From contig JBOHER010000435.1 in the NCBI GenBank assembly GCA_050701115.1, positions 1-60,873 of the forward strand: a DNA stretch of 60,873 nucleotides, in the 5' to 3' direction. A model generated the notes under the pieces. The model worked only from the letters and a program-made list of their open reading frames with translations. It did not search any database and was not told the DNA's origin. Shown piece after piece: positions 38,250-47,821 of this stretch; the stretch's first letter is position 1, and each line of letters starts with the position of its first letter. A program made the position numbers and the translations under genes. Source of the stretch: Haloechinothrix sp. (GTDB lineage Bacteria > Actinomycetota > Actinomycetes > Mycobacteriales > Pseudonocardiaceae).

Positions 38250-40103
38250 ATGATCGAGGTGTTGGCAACGGAGCCGACCGTCCGCCCGGCAGGCGGGAGC
38301 GAGACGTTGGACATCGTCATCCTGGCCACCAGCGTGTCGGTGGGCTTCCTGGTCGTCGGCCTGCTGGGGCTGCGGCATCGCCGCGGCCATACCACCCTGC
38401 TCGGGCGAACGGCCGATGCCACGGCGCGCCTGCTCGGCGGTCCCGCCTGGGCCACGCTGCCGATGGCCGTCGCATTGGCATCGATGGCGACCGCCTACAT
38501 CGGTTACATGTGGGACGCCTCGATTCACATCAACAACGGCCGCGATATCGGCCCGTTCGGCAACCCGTCGCACATTCCGATGATGATCGGGCTGTACGGA
38601 ATCCTGATCTCCGGCCTGCTCGCGGTGATGTTGCCCAAGCCCGGTGAGCGTCCCGGGCCGATTCCGGTGCGCATTGCTCCGGGCTGGCGGGTCCCTGTCG
38701 GTGGTGTGCTGCTGTTGACCTGCGGGTTCTTCGCCTTCCTCGGCTTCCCACTTGACGAGGTGTGGCATCGGCTGTTCGGCCAGGACGTCACCGTCTGGGG
38801 GCCGACGCACGTGCTGATGCTCAGCGGCGCGATTCTATCTGTCGTCGGGCTGAGTGTGCTGTTCGCCGAGAGCGTCGGCGATTCCTGGCACCCCGCCGAG
38901 TGGGTGAGGTTCGGCCCCGCGCGGCGTTTTCTGGACAGCGGCCTGCCCGTGCTGCTGGCGAAGATGGCGCTGCCCGGGTTGCTGCTGGTCGGGTTCTCCG
39001 CGCTACTGGCGGAGTACGATTACGGCGCGCCGCTGTTCCAGTTGTGGCTGCAGCCCACCCTGATCGCCCTGTTCGCCGCCTTCGCGTTCACCCTTGCCCG
39101 GGTGTGGGCGGGCAGGCCAGGGTCCGCCCTGGTCGCACTTGCCGTCTTCCTCGCCGCTCGGGTGGCGATCGCGATCCTGGTCGGCCCGGTCCTCGGTGAG
39201 GGAATGCCCGCGTTTCCGCTCATGGCGGCCGAAGCCGTCTGCGTGGAGATCGCGGCCCTTGTGCTGCGACGGCGGCCGCTGCTGGCCGGGACGGTCGGCG
39301 GTGTGCTGATCGGCACGATCGGCTTCGGGACCGAGTGGCTGTGGGCGGCCGCGGCGATGCCCACCGCGTGGACCACGCCTGTGCTTGTGCCGGGCATGGT
39401 GTCGGCGACGGTGGCGGGCGTAGCGGGCGGAATCGGCGGTGCCCTCCTGGGCATGGCGCTGACCGGGACGCTGCCCAGGGCCCGGACGGCCAGGGCGTTG
39501 ACCGTTGGCGCGCTCGCCGCCGTCATCGGCGTGGTCGGCAACGGCCTGGTGGGAGCCGAAGGACAACCGGGGACCGCGACGGTAACGCTCACCGACGTCG
39601 CCGCCACGCCCGAACGCCGAGCTATGGCCACGGTGCGGTTCACGCCTGCCCAGCTCACCGAGGGCGCGACCTACGTCCGTGTGCTCGCCTACCAGGGTGG
39701 CCCGCCGGTGGAGAGCCAGGCACTCGACAAGATCGGGCCCGGGGTTTTCCACACCGTCGAGCCGATCCCGGTGTCCGGCCGGTGGAAGACGCTGATCAGG
39801 ATCGGCAACGGCCGTGCAATGCAGGCAGTGCCCGTCTACCTGCCCGCCGACCCCGGGATCCCCGCCCCCGAAGTCGCCGCTCCGGCTCGATTCACCCGTC
39901 CGGTGATCGACCAGGACGCCTACCTCATGCGGGAATGGCGCACGGACACCCCGGCCTGGCTGGCTCCGGCCGCGGGCCTGGTCGTGCTCGCGCTCGGCCT
40001 GGCGTTCATCACGCTGATCTCGCTCGGCGCAGCCCGGTTCGGACGGCGCCCGAAGGCAACCACCTCCGCTCCGGAAGGAATCCTCGACCGTGTCTCGTCG
40101 TAA
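38250..40103 (+). CDS. Polytopic membrane protein of unknown function
   Basis: More than 10 predicted TM helices over about 400 aa, then an about 150-aa soluble segment (TVTLTDVAATPERRAMATVRFTP...GRWKTLIRIGNG) and a final TM helix. Good GC3. No family recognised. Confidence 0.6.
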   Translation: MIEVLATEPTVRPAGGSETLDIVILATSVSVGFLVVGLLGLRHRRGHTTLLGRTADATARLLGGPAWATLPMAVALASMATAYIGYMWDASIHINNGRDIGPFGNPSHIPMMIGLYGILISGLLAVMLPKPGERPGPIPVRIAPGWRVPVGGVLLLTCGFFAFLGFPLDEVWHRLFGQDVTVWGPTHVLMLSGAILSVVGLSVLFAESVGDSWHPAEWVRFGPARRFLDSGLPVLLAKMALPGLLLVGFSALLAEYDYGAPLFQLWLQPTLIALFAAFAFTLARVWAGRPGSALVALAVFLAARVAIAILVGPVLGEGMPAFPLMAAEAVCVEIAALVLRRRPLLAGTVGGVLIGTIGFGTEWLWAAAAMPTAWTTPVLVPGMVSATVAGVAGGIGGALLGMALTGTLPRARTARALTVGALAAVIGVVGNGLVGAEGQPGTATVTLTDVAATPERRAMATVRFTPAQLTEGATYVRVLAYQGGPPVESQALDKIGPGVFHTVEPIPVSGRWKTLIRIGNGRAMQAVPVYLPADPGIPAPEVAAPARFTRPVIDQDAYLMREWRTDTPAWLAPAAGLVVLALGLAFITLISLGAARFGRRPKATTSAPEGILDRVSS

Positions 40104-40968
40104 CCGCTCACTGCAGGACAAAGTCGTCTTCATCACCGGCGCCGCAAGAGGCATCGGCGCGCAGACCGCGCGAGAAGTGGCCGCACGCGGGGCCAAGGTC
40201 GCCCTGGTCGGCCTCGAGCCGCAGGAACTTGCCGCTGTCGCGGCCGAACTCGGCGACGGCCACGTGTGGTTCGAAGCCGATGTGACCGATCAGGCATCCC
40301 TCGATGCGGCCGTAACCGGCGCGGTGCAGCGGCTGGGCGGGATCGACGTCGTGGTAGCCAACGCAGGCGTCGCCGCATACGGCACGGTGCGCACGATCGA
40401 CCCGGACGCGTTCGCCCGCACGGTCGAGATCAACCTGACCGGCGTCTTCCGCACTGTCCGGGCGGCGCTGCCTCGGGTCATCGAGCGCAAGGGCTACGTG
40501 CTGGTGGTGGCCTCGCTCGCCTCGTTCACCCCCCTGGGTGGTTTGTCGGCGTACACGGCGAGCAAGGCGGGTGCCGAGTCGTTCACCCGGGCGTTGAAGA
40601 TGGAGGTCGCCCACCTCGGCGTCGACGTCGGCAGCGCCCATCCGTCCTGGATCGACACCGACATGGTCCGTGGCGCGGAGCACGACCTGCCCGCCTTCAA
40701 GGAACTGCGCGGCAAGCTGCCGTGGCCCGCGAACTCGACGACGACAGTGCGGGACTGCGGTCGCGCCTTCGCGGAGGGGATCGAGAAGCGCGCGGCAAGG
40801 GTGTATGTGCCCCGGAGCATCGCCGTGGCCAGCGCGGTGCGCGCGTCGATCTCAAGCCCGATCGGCGACTTCGTGACGCGGCGGATGGCGGGCAAGCTGG
40901 TGCCGCGGCTGGAGGACGAGGTCCGCGCGCTGGGTCGCTCGTTCGGCAGGCACGTGCCCAGGTCCTAG
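40090..40968 (+). CDS. SDR family oxidoreductase
   Basis: TGAARGIGAQTA cofactor motif, NAG, and YTASKAG (YxxxK). Confidence 0.85.
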   Translation: MSRRNRSLQDKVVFITGAARGIGAQTAREVAARGAKVALVGLEPQELAAVAAELGDGHVWFEADVTDQASLDAAVTGAVQRLGGIDVVVANAGVAAYGTVRTIDPDAFARTVEINLTGVFRTVRAALPRVIERKGYVLVVASLASFTPLGGLSAYTASKAGAESFTRALKMEVAHLGVDVGSAHPSWIDTDMVRGAEHDLPAFKELRGKLPWPANSTTTVRDCGRAFAEGIEKRAARVYVPRSIAVASAVRASISSPIGDFVTRRMAGKLVPRLEDEVRALGRSFGRHVPRS

Positions 40969-41399
40969 GCTCCGGAAGCCGCTCGGCCGCGGGGTAGTGC
41001 TCCCCATTCGCGCAACGTTGTGGTGAGCGCGTCGACGAGCTCACCCGTGCGATCGAGCCGGTCGTACTCCGCGGCGGTTACCCAGCGTGCTTCCGCCGCG
41101 TCATCACCTGCGGTGAGCACCCCTGCGGTCACCCGGCAGGCGTAGTCGTAGATCTCGAACGGACCGCGCGTCACCGTGCCGATCAACGCGCCGGGCTCGA
41201 CCTCGAGACCGGTTTCCTCGCTGAGTTCGCGCCGGACCGCGTCGGCGTCGGATTCGCCCTGCTCAACCCGGCCACCGGGGATCGACCACTTGCCGCGCGA
41301 GGGTTCGTTGGCCCGGCGAATCAGCAGCAGCCTGCCGTCACCGTCATGGACGATACCGCCCACGCAGCGCACCGCGGAGAGATGAGTCATAACCACCAC
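40965..41399 (-). CDS. NUDIX hydrolase
   Basis: Nudix box GGRVEQGESDADAVRRELSEETGL. Confidence 0.85.
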   Translation of the reverse strand: MVVMTHLSAVRCVGGIVHDGDGRLLLIRRANEPSRGKWSIPGGRVEQGESDADAVRRELSEETGLEVEPGALIGTVTRGPFEIYDYACRVTAGVLTAGDDAAEARWVTAAEYDRLDRTGELVDALTTTLREWGALPRGRAASGA

Positions 41400-41502
41400 T
41401 CAGAGTAGTCATCCGGTAGCATGTCGGTCATGCGCTGCCCCATGCGCGGGACTTTCCTCCCTTATCCGGGCGGCATGCGGTACAACGATACTGTTTGGGC
41501 AC

Positions 41503-41721
41503 ATGTACGTGGGCCGGCAATCGACCCGACAACGAGAGAGACGGGACCTGATCGTCGTGGACGTGAAGAAGATCGCCGTACTAGCTGTCGCCGCCGTTCT
41601 GGTGTTCTTCGTGATTTCCCAGCCAGGTACCGCGGCCGCGATGGTGCATAACATCCTGGGCATGCTCGCCAGTGCCGCCGAATCGCTGATCACCTTTGTC
41701 TCCAATGTGGTCAACGGCTGA
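41503..41721 (+). CDS. Small hypothetical membrane protein
   Basis: One clear TM helix (IAVLAVAAVLVFFVISQP). The real start is probably GTG 41557 or 41563. Confidence 0.45.
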   Translation: MYVGRQSTRQRERRDLIVVDVKKIAVLAVAAVLVFFVISQPGTAAAMVHNILGMLASAAESLITFVSNVVNG

Positions 41722-41791
41722 TTAGGGGCCTGCCATTTCTATCTTCGCACCACGCGACCCGGACGATTACCTGCTGGACACCGAGCGCAGG

Positions 41792-42307
41792 GTGATCCGG
41801 GTGCGACGGCACTGGGCGTCCCTGCTGTGGGACAGCTTTGAAGCCGCTGCGCTGCTGGCCATCGCGGTGATGATCTCGTACCTGTTGCCTCCCGCCGACT
41901 GGGCCGTGTACGTGCACAACGTGCTCTGGTACGCGGCGCTGGCCATCCTGCTGCGCTTCTCCTACCTGGTGATGGAGTGGTGGGTGGAGACCCTCGTGGT
42001 CACCGATAAGCGATTCATCATGACGACCGGAGTGTTCACCACCAAGGTGCTGATGATGCCGATCAGCAAGGTCACCGACCTGACCTACAAGCGAACCGCC
42101 TGGGGCCGGTTGCTCGGCTACGGGACGATGCTCGTCGAGTCGGCGGGCCAGATCCAGGCACTCAACAACATCGACTACCTGCCCAGCCCGGAAGAGTTCT
42201 ACGACACCATCTCCGAGCTGGTATTCGGCGACAAGCAGGCGCAGGCCCAGCGGTTCTCGATGATCAAGGCGCAGCGCGTCGCGCGCGGGAAACGGACGGT
42301 CGGCTAA
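41792..42307 (+). CDS. PH (bPH_2/YdbS-like) domain-containing membrane protein
   Basis: RRHWASLLW, two TM helices, then VVTDKRFIMTTGVFTTKVLMMPISKVTDL..RLLGYGTMLVESAG. Protein-like sequence continues upstream of the GTG with no canonical start (see findings). Confidence 0.75.
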   Translation: MIRVRRHWASLLWDSFEAAALLAIAVMISYLLPPADWAVYVHNVLWYAALAILLRFSYLVMEWWVETLVVTDKRFIMTTGVFTTKVLMMPISKVTDLTYKRTAWGRLLGYGTMLVESAGQIQALNNIDYLPSPEEFYDTISELVFGDKQAQAQRFSMIKAQRVARGKRTVG

Positions 42308-42340
42308 CCCGCTCCCGGGCTCATCGGAGAGACTGCCCTG

Positions 42341-43222
42341 GTGAGCAGCGCTTCCGGCCGTCGTATCGACCTCCACACCCATTCCAGTGTCTCGGATGGC
42401 ACCGACACCCCAGCCGAGCTGATGGCAGCCGCCGTCTCGGCAGGCCTCGACGTCATCGCGCTCACCGACCACGACACCACCGAGGGCTGGCAGCAGGCCA
42501 TGGCCGCACTGCCCGCCGGGTTGACCTTGGTGCCCGGTGCGGAGCTGTCCTGCGTGTCCGACAACGGCTACGGCCGGCCGATCAGCGTGCACCTGCTCGG
42601 CTACCTGTTCGACCCCCAATCGCCCGCCATCGCGACCGAGCAGCGCAGGCTCAGGGTCGAGCGGCGGACCCGGCTGCGGGCGATGGCCGAGCGGATGGCC
42701 GCGGACGGCCTGCCCGTCGACCCCGACACGCTGCTGGCCGATCTCGCCGAGGACGCGCCCGCCGGCCGTCCGCACCTGGCTCGCGCGCTGGTGCGGGCCG
42801 GTGTGGTCGCGGATGTGAACGAGGCGTTCGCCAGCTACCTGGGCATCGGGCGCGGCTACTACCTGCCGAGGACAGACACGCCCGTGCGGCAGGCCATCGA
42901 CATGATCGCGGCCGCAGGCGGGGTGACCGTGCTGGCGCACGCCTTCGCGCACACCCGAGGGCCGACGGTCAGCGCCGAGGTGATCGCCGAACTCGCGGCG
43001 CGGGGACTCACCGGCCTCGAGGTGGACCATCCCAACCACGACCCGGCCACCCGCGAGCGGTTGCGCGGTCTCGCCGCGGACTTGCACCTGCTGCCGACCG
43101 GATCGAGCGACTACCACGGTACGAACAAGTCGATCGCGCTCGGCGCGGAGATGACCGACCCGGGGGTGTTCGACGCCCTGATCGAGCGCGCCACCGGAGC
43201 CGAGATCGTGGTGGGGGCGTAG
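42341..43222 (+). CDS. PHP domain-containing metal-dependent phosphoesterase (TrpH/YciV-like)
   Basis: IDLHTHSSVSDGTDTP, ALTDHDT, LAHA and SDYHG PHP motifs. Confidence 0.85.
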   Translation: MSSASGRRIDLHTHSSVSDGTDTPAELMAAAVSAGLDVIALTDHDTTEGWQQAMAALPAGLTLVPGAELSCVSDNGYGRPISVHLLGYLFDPQSPAIATEQRRLRVERRTRLRAMAERMAADGLPVDPDTLLADLAEDAPAGRPHLARALVRAGVVADVNEAFASYLGIGRGYYLPRTDTPVRQAIDMIAAAGGVTVLAHAFAHTRGPTVSAEVIAELAARGLTGLEVDHPNHDPATRERLRGLAADLHLLPTGSSDYHGTNKSIALGAEMTDPGVFDALIERATGAEIVVGA

Positions 43223-43246
43223 CGCTGATGCGGGGATACGGTCGAG

Positions 43247-43567
43247 TTGGAGTGGGTGCGGATGCCCGCTAGGCGGGTCGGGGGACCACAGCTCGCACAC
43301 GATGGGTTCTGGCGTGGACTCGCCGGGACACTCGCCGCCGGACTGGTCCTGCTGGCCATCGTGCTCGCGGGTGCCGAGGCGCTCGCCTCGGATCTCGGGG
43401 TGGCGGGACCGGGAGCTTCGGCGGTCGTAGGTCACCTGGCCGCCGCCGTCTTCGCGGTGGCGGCCGCATCCTTCGCCGATCGCAGGGAGGGCTCGATCGC
43501 GGCCATCGGTGTCGCGGCTTCGGTGTTGATCACCAGTGGCACGCTGTGGCTCTTCTGGTGGTCGTGA
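43247..43567 (+). CDS. Hypothetical membrane protein
   Basis: Three to four TM helices, high GC3. Start uncertain (43247 or ATG 43262). Confidence 0.45.
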   Translation: MEWVRMPARRVGGPQLAHDGFWRGLAGTLAAGLVLLAIVLAGAEALASDLGVAGPGASAVVGHLAAAVFAVAAASFADRREGSIAAIGVAASVLITSGTLWLFWWS

Positions 43568-43581
43568 CGCTGGGGCGCACC

Positions 43582-43634
43582 GAGCTGAAGGTGACCTTCG
43601 GTGCCGAATATGCACCGAGGGCCACCTTCAGCTC
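43582..43634. terminator. Long hairpin between convergent genes (candidate bidirectional terminator)
   Basis: Arms gagctgaaggtgaccttcggtgc / gcaccgagggccaccttcagctc (21 of 23 pairs, the mismatches can be G-U) with a 7-nt loop. Confidence 0.6.
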
Positions 43635-43651
43635 GCCGCCGCTGCACCAGG

Positions 43652-45751
43652 TCAGCTGGTGGCCCACTTCGAGATGCAGCCGCGCAGGTCGGCCTTGACC
43701 TGCTGGCCGCGGTCGACAACTACCGGGATCTGCTGAAGGATCTTGCCGTTCTTCTCGCAGTAGAGCGTGTAGTTCTCGATCAGGCCGCCGATCGTCTCCT
43801 CCTCGGTGTCGAACAGCGACGCGGTCAGCGTCCACTGTGGCGCCGCCGATGCGAAGTTGGTCACCCGCATCACGTAGGTGGCCTGCTCGGGGTTCTCCAG
43901 CAGCACCCGCTCCTTGACGCCCACGAAGCCGGTCGAGCTGCCGACCTCGGTGAGCGTGCCGTCCGCGTTCTTGCGGAACACGTACAGGTCGAGGTCGTCC
44001 GGCGTCGGCCAGTCCAGCCTGACCTCGAACAGGTCGGCAGGCGCCTCGACGACGAACTCGGTGTCGGTGGACATGGTCGGCAACGTGGTGCCCGTCGTGG
44101 TTTCCTGCTTGAGCGGGTCGCCGGAGATCGCCTTGATCTGCTTCTCCTTAACGACCGGCCTGGTCGACGGGTTCGTGTGCCAGGTGAACTTGCCGTTCGG
44201 CCCGACCACCATGGTCGAGTCGAGCGTGTCCTCGATCGCCCCTTCCCAGGTGGGCGTGGCGAACTTCTTCCGCAGCCGCAGCGTCGCACCGGCGGGTGCC
44301 TTGCCCGCGATCACCGAGTGCGTCGCGGTGTCCACGGCGTTCTCCAGCGCGATCAGGAACGCCTCACGATTGCCCTTTCCGGCCAGTTCGCCTGTGCCGA
44401 GGTACTCGTCGACCACGTCGGGGAACGGCGGGTGGAACTCGTGGGCGCCGATCTCGAAGGTGTAGCCGAATCCGCCGGTCGCGTTGTAGGACCAGTCCTC
44501 TGTGGTGCCGGTGGTGTCGTAGAGCTCCCAGCCGTGCTGACTGGTGTACCCGTTCTGTTCGGCCATCTCGTCGCCGAGGGCTTTCAGTTCAGCCTCGTCG
44601 TGGGCGTCGCCGACCGGGTGGCCGTCAGGTCCGATGGTGTCCGGGGCTACTCCGTTGGGCCGCAGCACCAGGTTGGAGAACGTGTGGTTGGTGATCAGCG
44701 TGGTCACCTGCCGCGCGCTGACCAGTTCGCGGATGCTCTGCGTCTCCGGCTCGGAGAACGGGTCCGCGCCCCGGTAGGTCGGGTCGGGGAACTCCTCGGC
44801 AGCGCCGGGGCCGCCCCAGAATCCGCCGTAGTTGCGGTTGAGGTCGATGCCCGCTCCGAACCCGCCCGGGCTGGTGGCCAGCGCGCATTCCTCGGCGAGC
44901 GGCTCCTGGCCGTCAACGATCCGGCAGTTCTTCCGCTTGTAGGCGTTGCCGGGGGTGCCCACGATCGACACGGTGCCGCCGTCGTCTACTTCACGCAGGT
45001 CGACGAGGGAGCCCTGGTCGATCGACTTCTCGAATCCGTCGACGTTGACGACCGGAACCACCAGCACCCGGGACTTGTCGAGCAGGTCCGTGATCCGGTC
45101 GTCGTGGCCGTAGTTCTTGACCAGGTCGTAGGCGAACTCCATGGTGAGTTCACCGGACGGCCATTCCCGTGCGTGGTGCAGGCCCATCATCAGGAAGACC
45201 GGACGGCCGTCCTCGGCCGCGTGCACACCGCGCCCGATCTCGATGCCGTAGATCGTCTTGCCTTCGAGGCTCTTGTGCGGCAGAGCGAAACGCTTGACGA
45301 GGCTCGGCCGGATCGCGGCCAGCGCACGCAGGTCGTCGTTGTAGTCGGCGAGCCTGCGGTAGGTGTCGCGGCCGCTGGGCAGCGGGGACTCCAGCGTCGC
45401 CTCGGCGTAGGCCTGGTTCGCCCGGTTGTTCTGTGCCGTCCGCAACGCGAGGTCGGGAATCCGCACGTCCCAGGTCAGGCCGGCCGCCTGCAGCGCGTTG
45501 GCGTCCGCGGCCTGATGCAGCACGACCTCGACGTAGTCGTGACCGGCGTGCTCGGTGAGGTCGAGGCCGAGGCTTTGCAGCAGGCGCTTGTGCTCCCGCG
45601 TCGGGGTGTCGACGGTGACGAGCTGAACCGGGAACTCCGTGTCGGTCGCCGCGGCGGGACCGGCGAGTGCGCCCGCGGTCAGCGCGACGGCGACCGCTGT
45701 CGAGGCGAGCGCGGCGCGTGCGCCGCGTGAGGGTTGGGAGATGCGGCCCAT
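43652..45751 (-). CDS. Secreted M14-family zinc carboxypeptidase with C-terminal extension
   Basis: Signal peptide, HHAREWPSGE (HxxE zinc motif), NVDGF and a downstream catalytic-region pattern. About 300-aa C-terminal beta-rich extension. Confidence 0.85.
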   Translation of the reverse strand: MGRISQPSRGARAALASTAVAVALTAGALAGPAAATDTEFPVQLVTVDTPTREHKRLLQSLGLDLTEHAGHDYVEVVLHQAADANALQAAGLTWDVRIPDLALRTAQNNRANQAYAEATLESPLPSGRDTYRRLADYNDDLRALAAIRPSLVKRFALPHKSLEGKTIYGIEIGRGVHAAEDGRPVFLMMGLHHAREWPSGELTMEFAYDLVKNYGHDDRITDLLDKSRVLVVPVVNVDGFEKSIDQGSLVDLREVDDGGTVSIVGTPGNAYKRKNCRIVDGQEPLAEECALATSPGGFGAGIDLNRNYGGFWGGPGAAEEFPDPTYRGADPFSEPETQSIRELVSARQVTTLITNHTFSNLVLRPNGVAPDTIGPDGHPVGDAHDEAELKALGDEMAEQNGYTSQHGWELYDTTGTTEDWSYNATGGFGYTFEIGAHEFHPPFPDVVDEYLGTGELAGKGNREAFLIALENAVDTATHSVIAGKAPAGATLRLRKKFATPTWEGAIEDTLDSTMVVGPNGKFTWHTNPSTRPVVKEKQIKAISGDPLKQETTTGTTLPTMSTDTEFVVEAPADLFEVRLDWPTPDDLDLYVFRKNADGTLTEVGSSTGFVGVKERVLLENPEQATYVMRVTNFASAAPQWTLTASLFDTEEETIGGLIENYTLYCEKNGKILQQIPVVVDRGQQVKADLRGCISKWATS

Positions 45752-45827
45752 GAAGGCCCCCTTCGTTGTCGTGATCCGCAGGTCGTGCGAACGCTCAGCT
45801 CGACTAACGAGGAAAATGTGAGGTTGG

Positions 45828-46529
45828 TTACGACTTCGGGGTCAGCCAGTGACCCAGCAGCACCTCGAGCAGCGCGGCGGGGTTCTCGGTGTTCGGGGAG
45901 TGCGCAGCCCCGGGCACCAGCGCGAACTCCGCACCCAGCCTGCCCGCCATCTCGCGTTGGTCCGGAACACTCCACGCGCGTCATCACCCTCGCCGGTGAA
46001 CCGGTCGCGGCACCGAGGACCTGTCCAGCGCGGCGGCGAGATCGGCGACCCGGTCGGGTTCGCAGCGCAGCCCGGTTGCCATGCCGAGCAGACGAGCCCC
46101 GGCGAGCACCGCGCCCCTGGCGACAAGGCCGCCGTAGGAGTGCCCGAGCAGCAGCACGCGACGGGCCTGCTCAGCCAGGTGGCCGACCAGCTTCGCCAGC
46201 ACCTCGCCGAGCGCGTCCGGCAGGTAGGCACGTGCCTCGTCCGGGCCACGGGAGTGATACTGGCCAGGGAGGTCGATCGCGATCACCTCGAAGCCCGGCC
46301 CGGCGATTCCGTCCAGCAGCGGAACGAAGTCCTCCTTGGAACCGGTGTATCCGGGTACCAGCAGCACCGTGGCGCCGCCGGCCTGTTCGGAGCCCGCGCG
46401 CAGGGCAGCGATCGGCCCGTAGGCCCCGTCCAAGGTGGTCCGCTGCGCGCTGTGCGGGCCCAGTTGGGAGGTGGCGAGTGTGGGATCAGACACCACGGAC
46501 CGCTGCGGATCCGGCGTCGGAGCGCTCAC
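45828..46529 (-). pseudogene. Decayed alpha/beta hydrolase (at least 2 frameshifts, cap region lost)
   Basis: N-part is intact to the nucleophile elbow (LLLGHSYGGLVA). DRFTGEGDDA is in a second frame. WSVPDQREMAGRLGAEFALVPGAAHSPNTENPAALLEVLLGHWLTPKS* is in a third. Total span is only 234 codons. Confidence 0.6.
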
Positions 46530-47821
46530 CGGAGTGCCACCAGGAGATCGCCACGCTGTTCGAGCAGCACCGGGCCGACCGAGGCGAGCCGGACCGGACC
46601 GGCGTAGCCGCCCCGGTCAACGGCAACCGTGCGCAGCGTTTCCCCGGATTGCTCGTCGACCACCGCGAGCCCACCCGTGATCGGCACCAACAGTCGCCCG
46701 CCGAACTCGGTTGTGGTGCCGATGGTGTCCCGCAGCGTCCATCGGGGTCGCAGGTCGGCCCCCGCCAGCGCGATCGTGCGTGACCCGGTGAACCAGTACA
46801 CGCCGGTCTCGGTGTGCGAGGTGAGCACCGCGCCTCCCGCCGGGGCGCCCGCGAGTTCCTGTTCGGGAAGATCGAGCGAGAACGCCGTGCTCCGCTTTCC
46901 GTCGGGCCCGTAGACGAGCAGCAACTTCTGCTCGGCCAGCGCCACCGCGGTCACCGCCCTGTCCTCGGACTCGGCATCCTCCGGCCCGGCATCCTCCGGC
47001 TCGGGGCCGGAGATCGCGACCACCCTGGCCGGGCCGGACGGTAGCGCGGCGCTGTAGAGCTCCTTCGGCTCGTCGCTGCGCGATTCGTCCTTCTCGTAGT
47101 GGGTTGTGGTGAACACGATCAGCCGCGCTGCCGCCTCGCCGGGGCAGCGGGCCACCGTGCCGATCTTGCCGTGGGCGATGGCGATCGAGGAGAACTCGCA
47201 ACCTGCCCTGGGTTGCTTTCCCGGATTGACCGGCGCGGGCAGCTCGCCGAACTCCATGGCGCGCAGCAGTTCCTGCGACCACACATTGATCAGCCGGGTG
47301 CCGGTGGTGACCAGGTGCGAGCCATCACTGAGCAGTTGGGTGCCCGCCTCGGCGTCACCGTTGCGCTGCGCGGCCCTGCGGCCGGTGTCGGCGTCCAGCG
47401 CGGTGACCTCACTGCAGCCGTTGCCCTTGGTGAACACCGCGATGGCTTTGGACCATTCGCCCGCCACCGTGCACAGCGGGGTGTCGCGGGCATACCGCCA
47501 GCGCTGAAAGCCGCTGAGCGGATCCCGCCCGATGACCTCGCCCGAATCGCCGGTGACGACCGTGGACCCCTGTGCGACCGGAACCGGAGTCGCCGCGCTC
47601 GGAGCGCGCCACAGCTCGGTGAACGAGTTCGGAACCCGCGACGGCGTGTCCAGCGGGCGCGCCGGGGTCCTGGCCACGGTGGATTCGGTCCCCACGCTGT
47701 CGCTGGTGGCCCACACGACCATGCCGGTCGTTGCGACTCCGAGGGCGATGGCTACCGCGATCACCCGGTCCCGGGGACTAGTCCACGGCGAGCGGCGCGC
47801 GGATGACCCGGTCACGCTCAC
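46526..47821 (-). CDS. Rv3212-like membrane-anchored beta-propeller-type protein
   Basis: N-terminal TM anchor, then repeated beta-strand-rich sequence. 4-nt overlap with rhlE upstream and with the hydrolase remnant downstream. The family name follows the mycobacterial neighbour of rhlE. Confidence 0.65.
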   Translation of the reverse strand: MSVTGSSARRSPWTSPRDRVIAVAIALGVATTGMVVWATSDSVGTESTVARTPARPLDTPSRVPNSFTELWRAPSAATPVPVAQGSTVVTGDSGEVIGRDPLSGFQRWRYARDTPLCTVAGEWSKAIAVFTKGNGCSEVTALDADTGRRAAQRNGDAEAGTQLLSDGSHLVTTGTRLINVWSQELLRAMEFGELPAPVNPGKQPRAGCEFSSIAIAHGKIGTVARCPGEAAARLIVFTTTHYEKDESRSDEPKELYSAALPSGPARVVAISGPEPEDAGPEDAESEDRAVTAVALAEQKLLLVYGPDGKRSTAFSLDLPEQELAGAPAGGAVLTSHTETGVYWFTGSRTIALAGADLRPRWTLRDTIGTTTEFGGRLLVPITGGLAVVDEQSGETLRTVAVDRGGYAGPVRLASVGPVLLEQRGDLLVALR

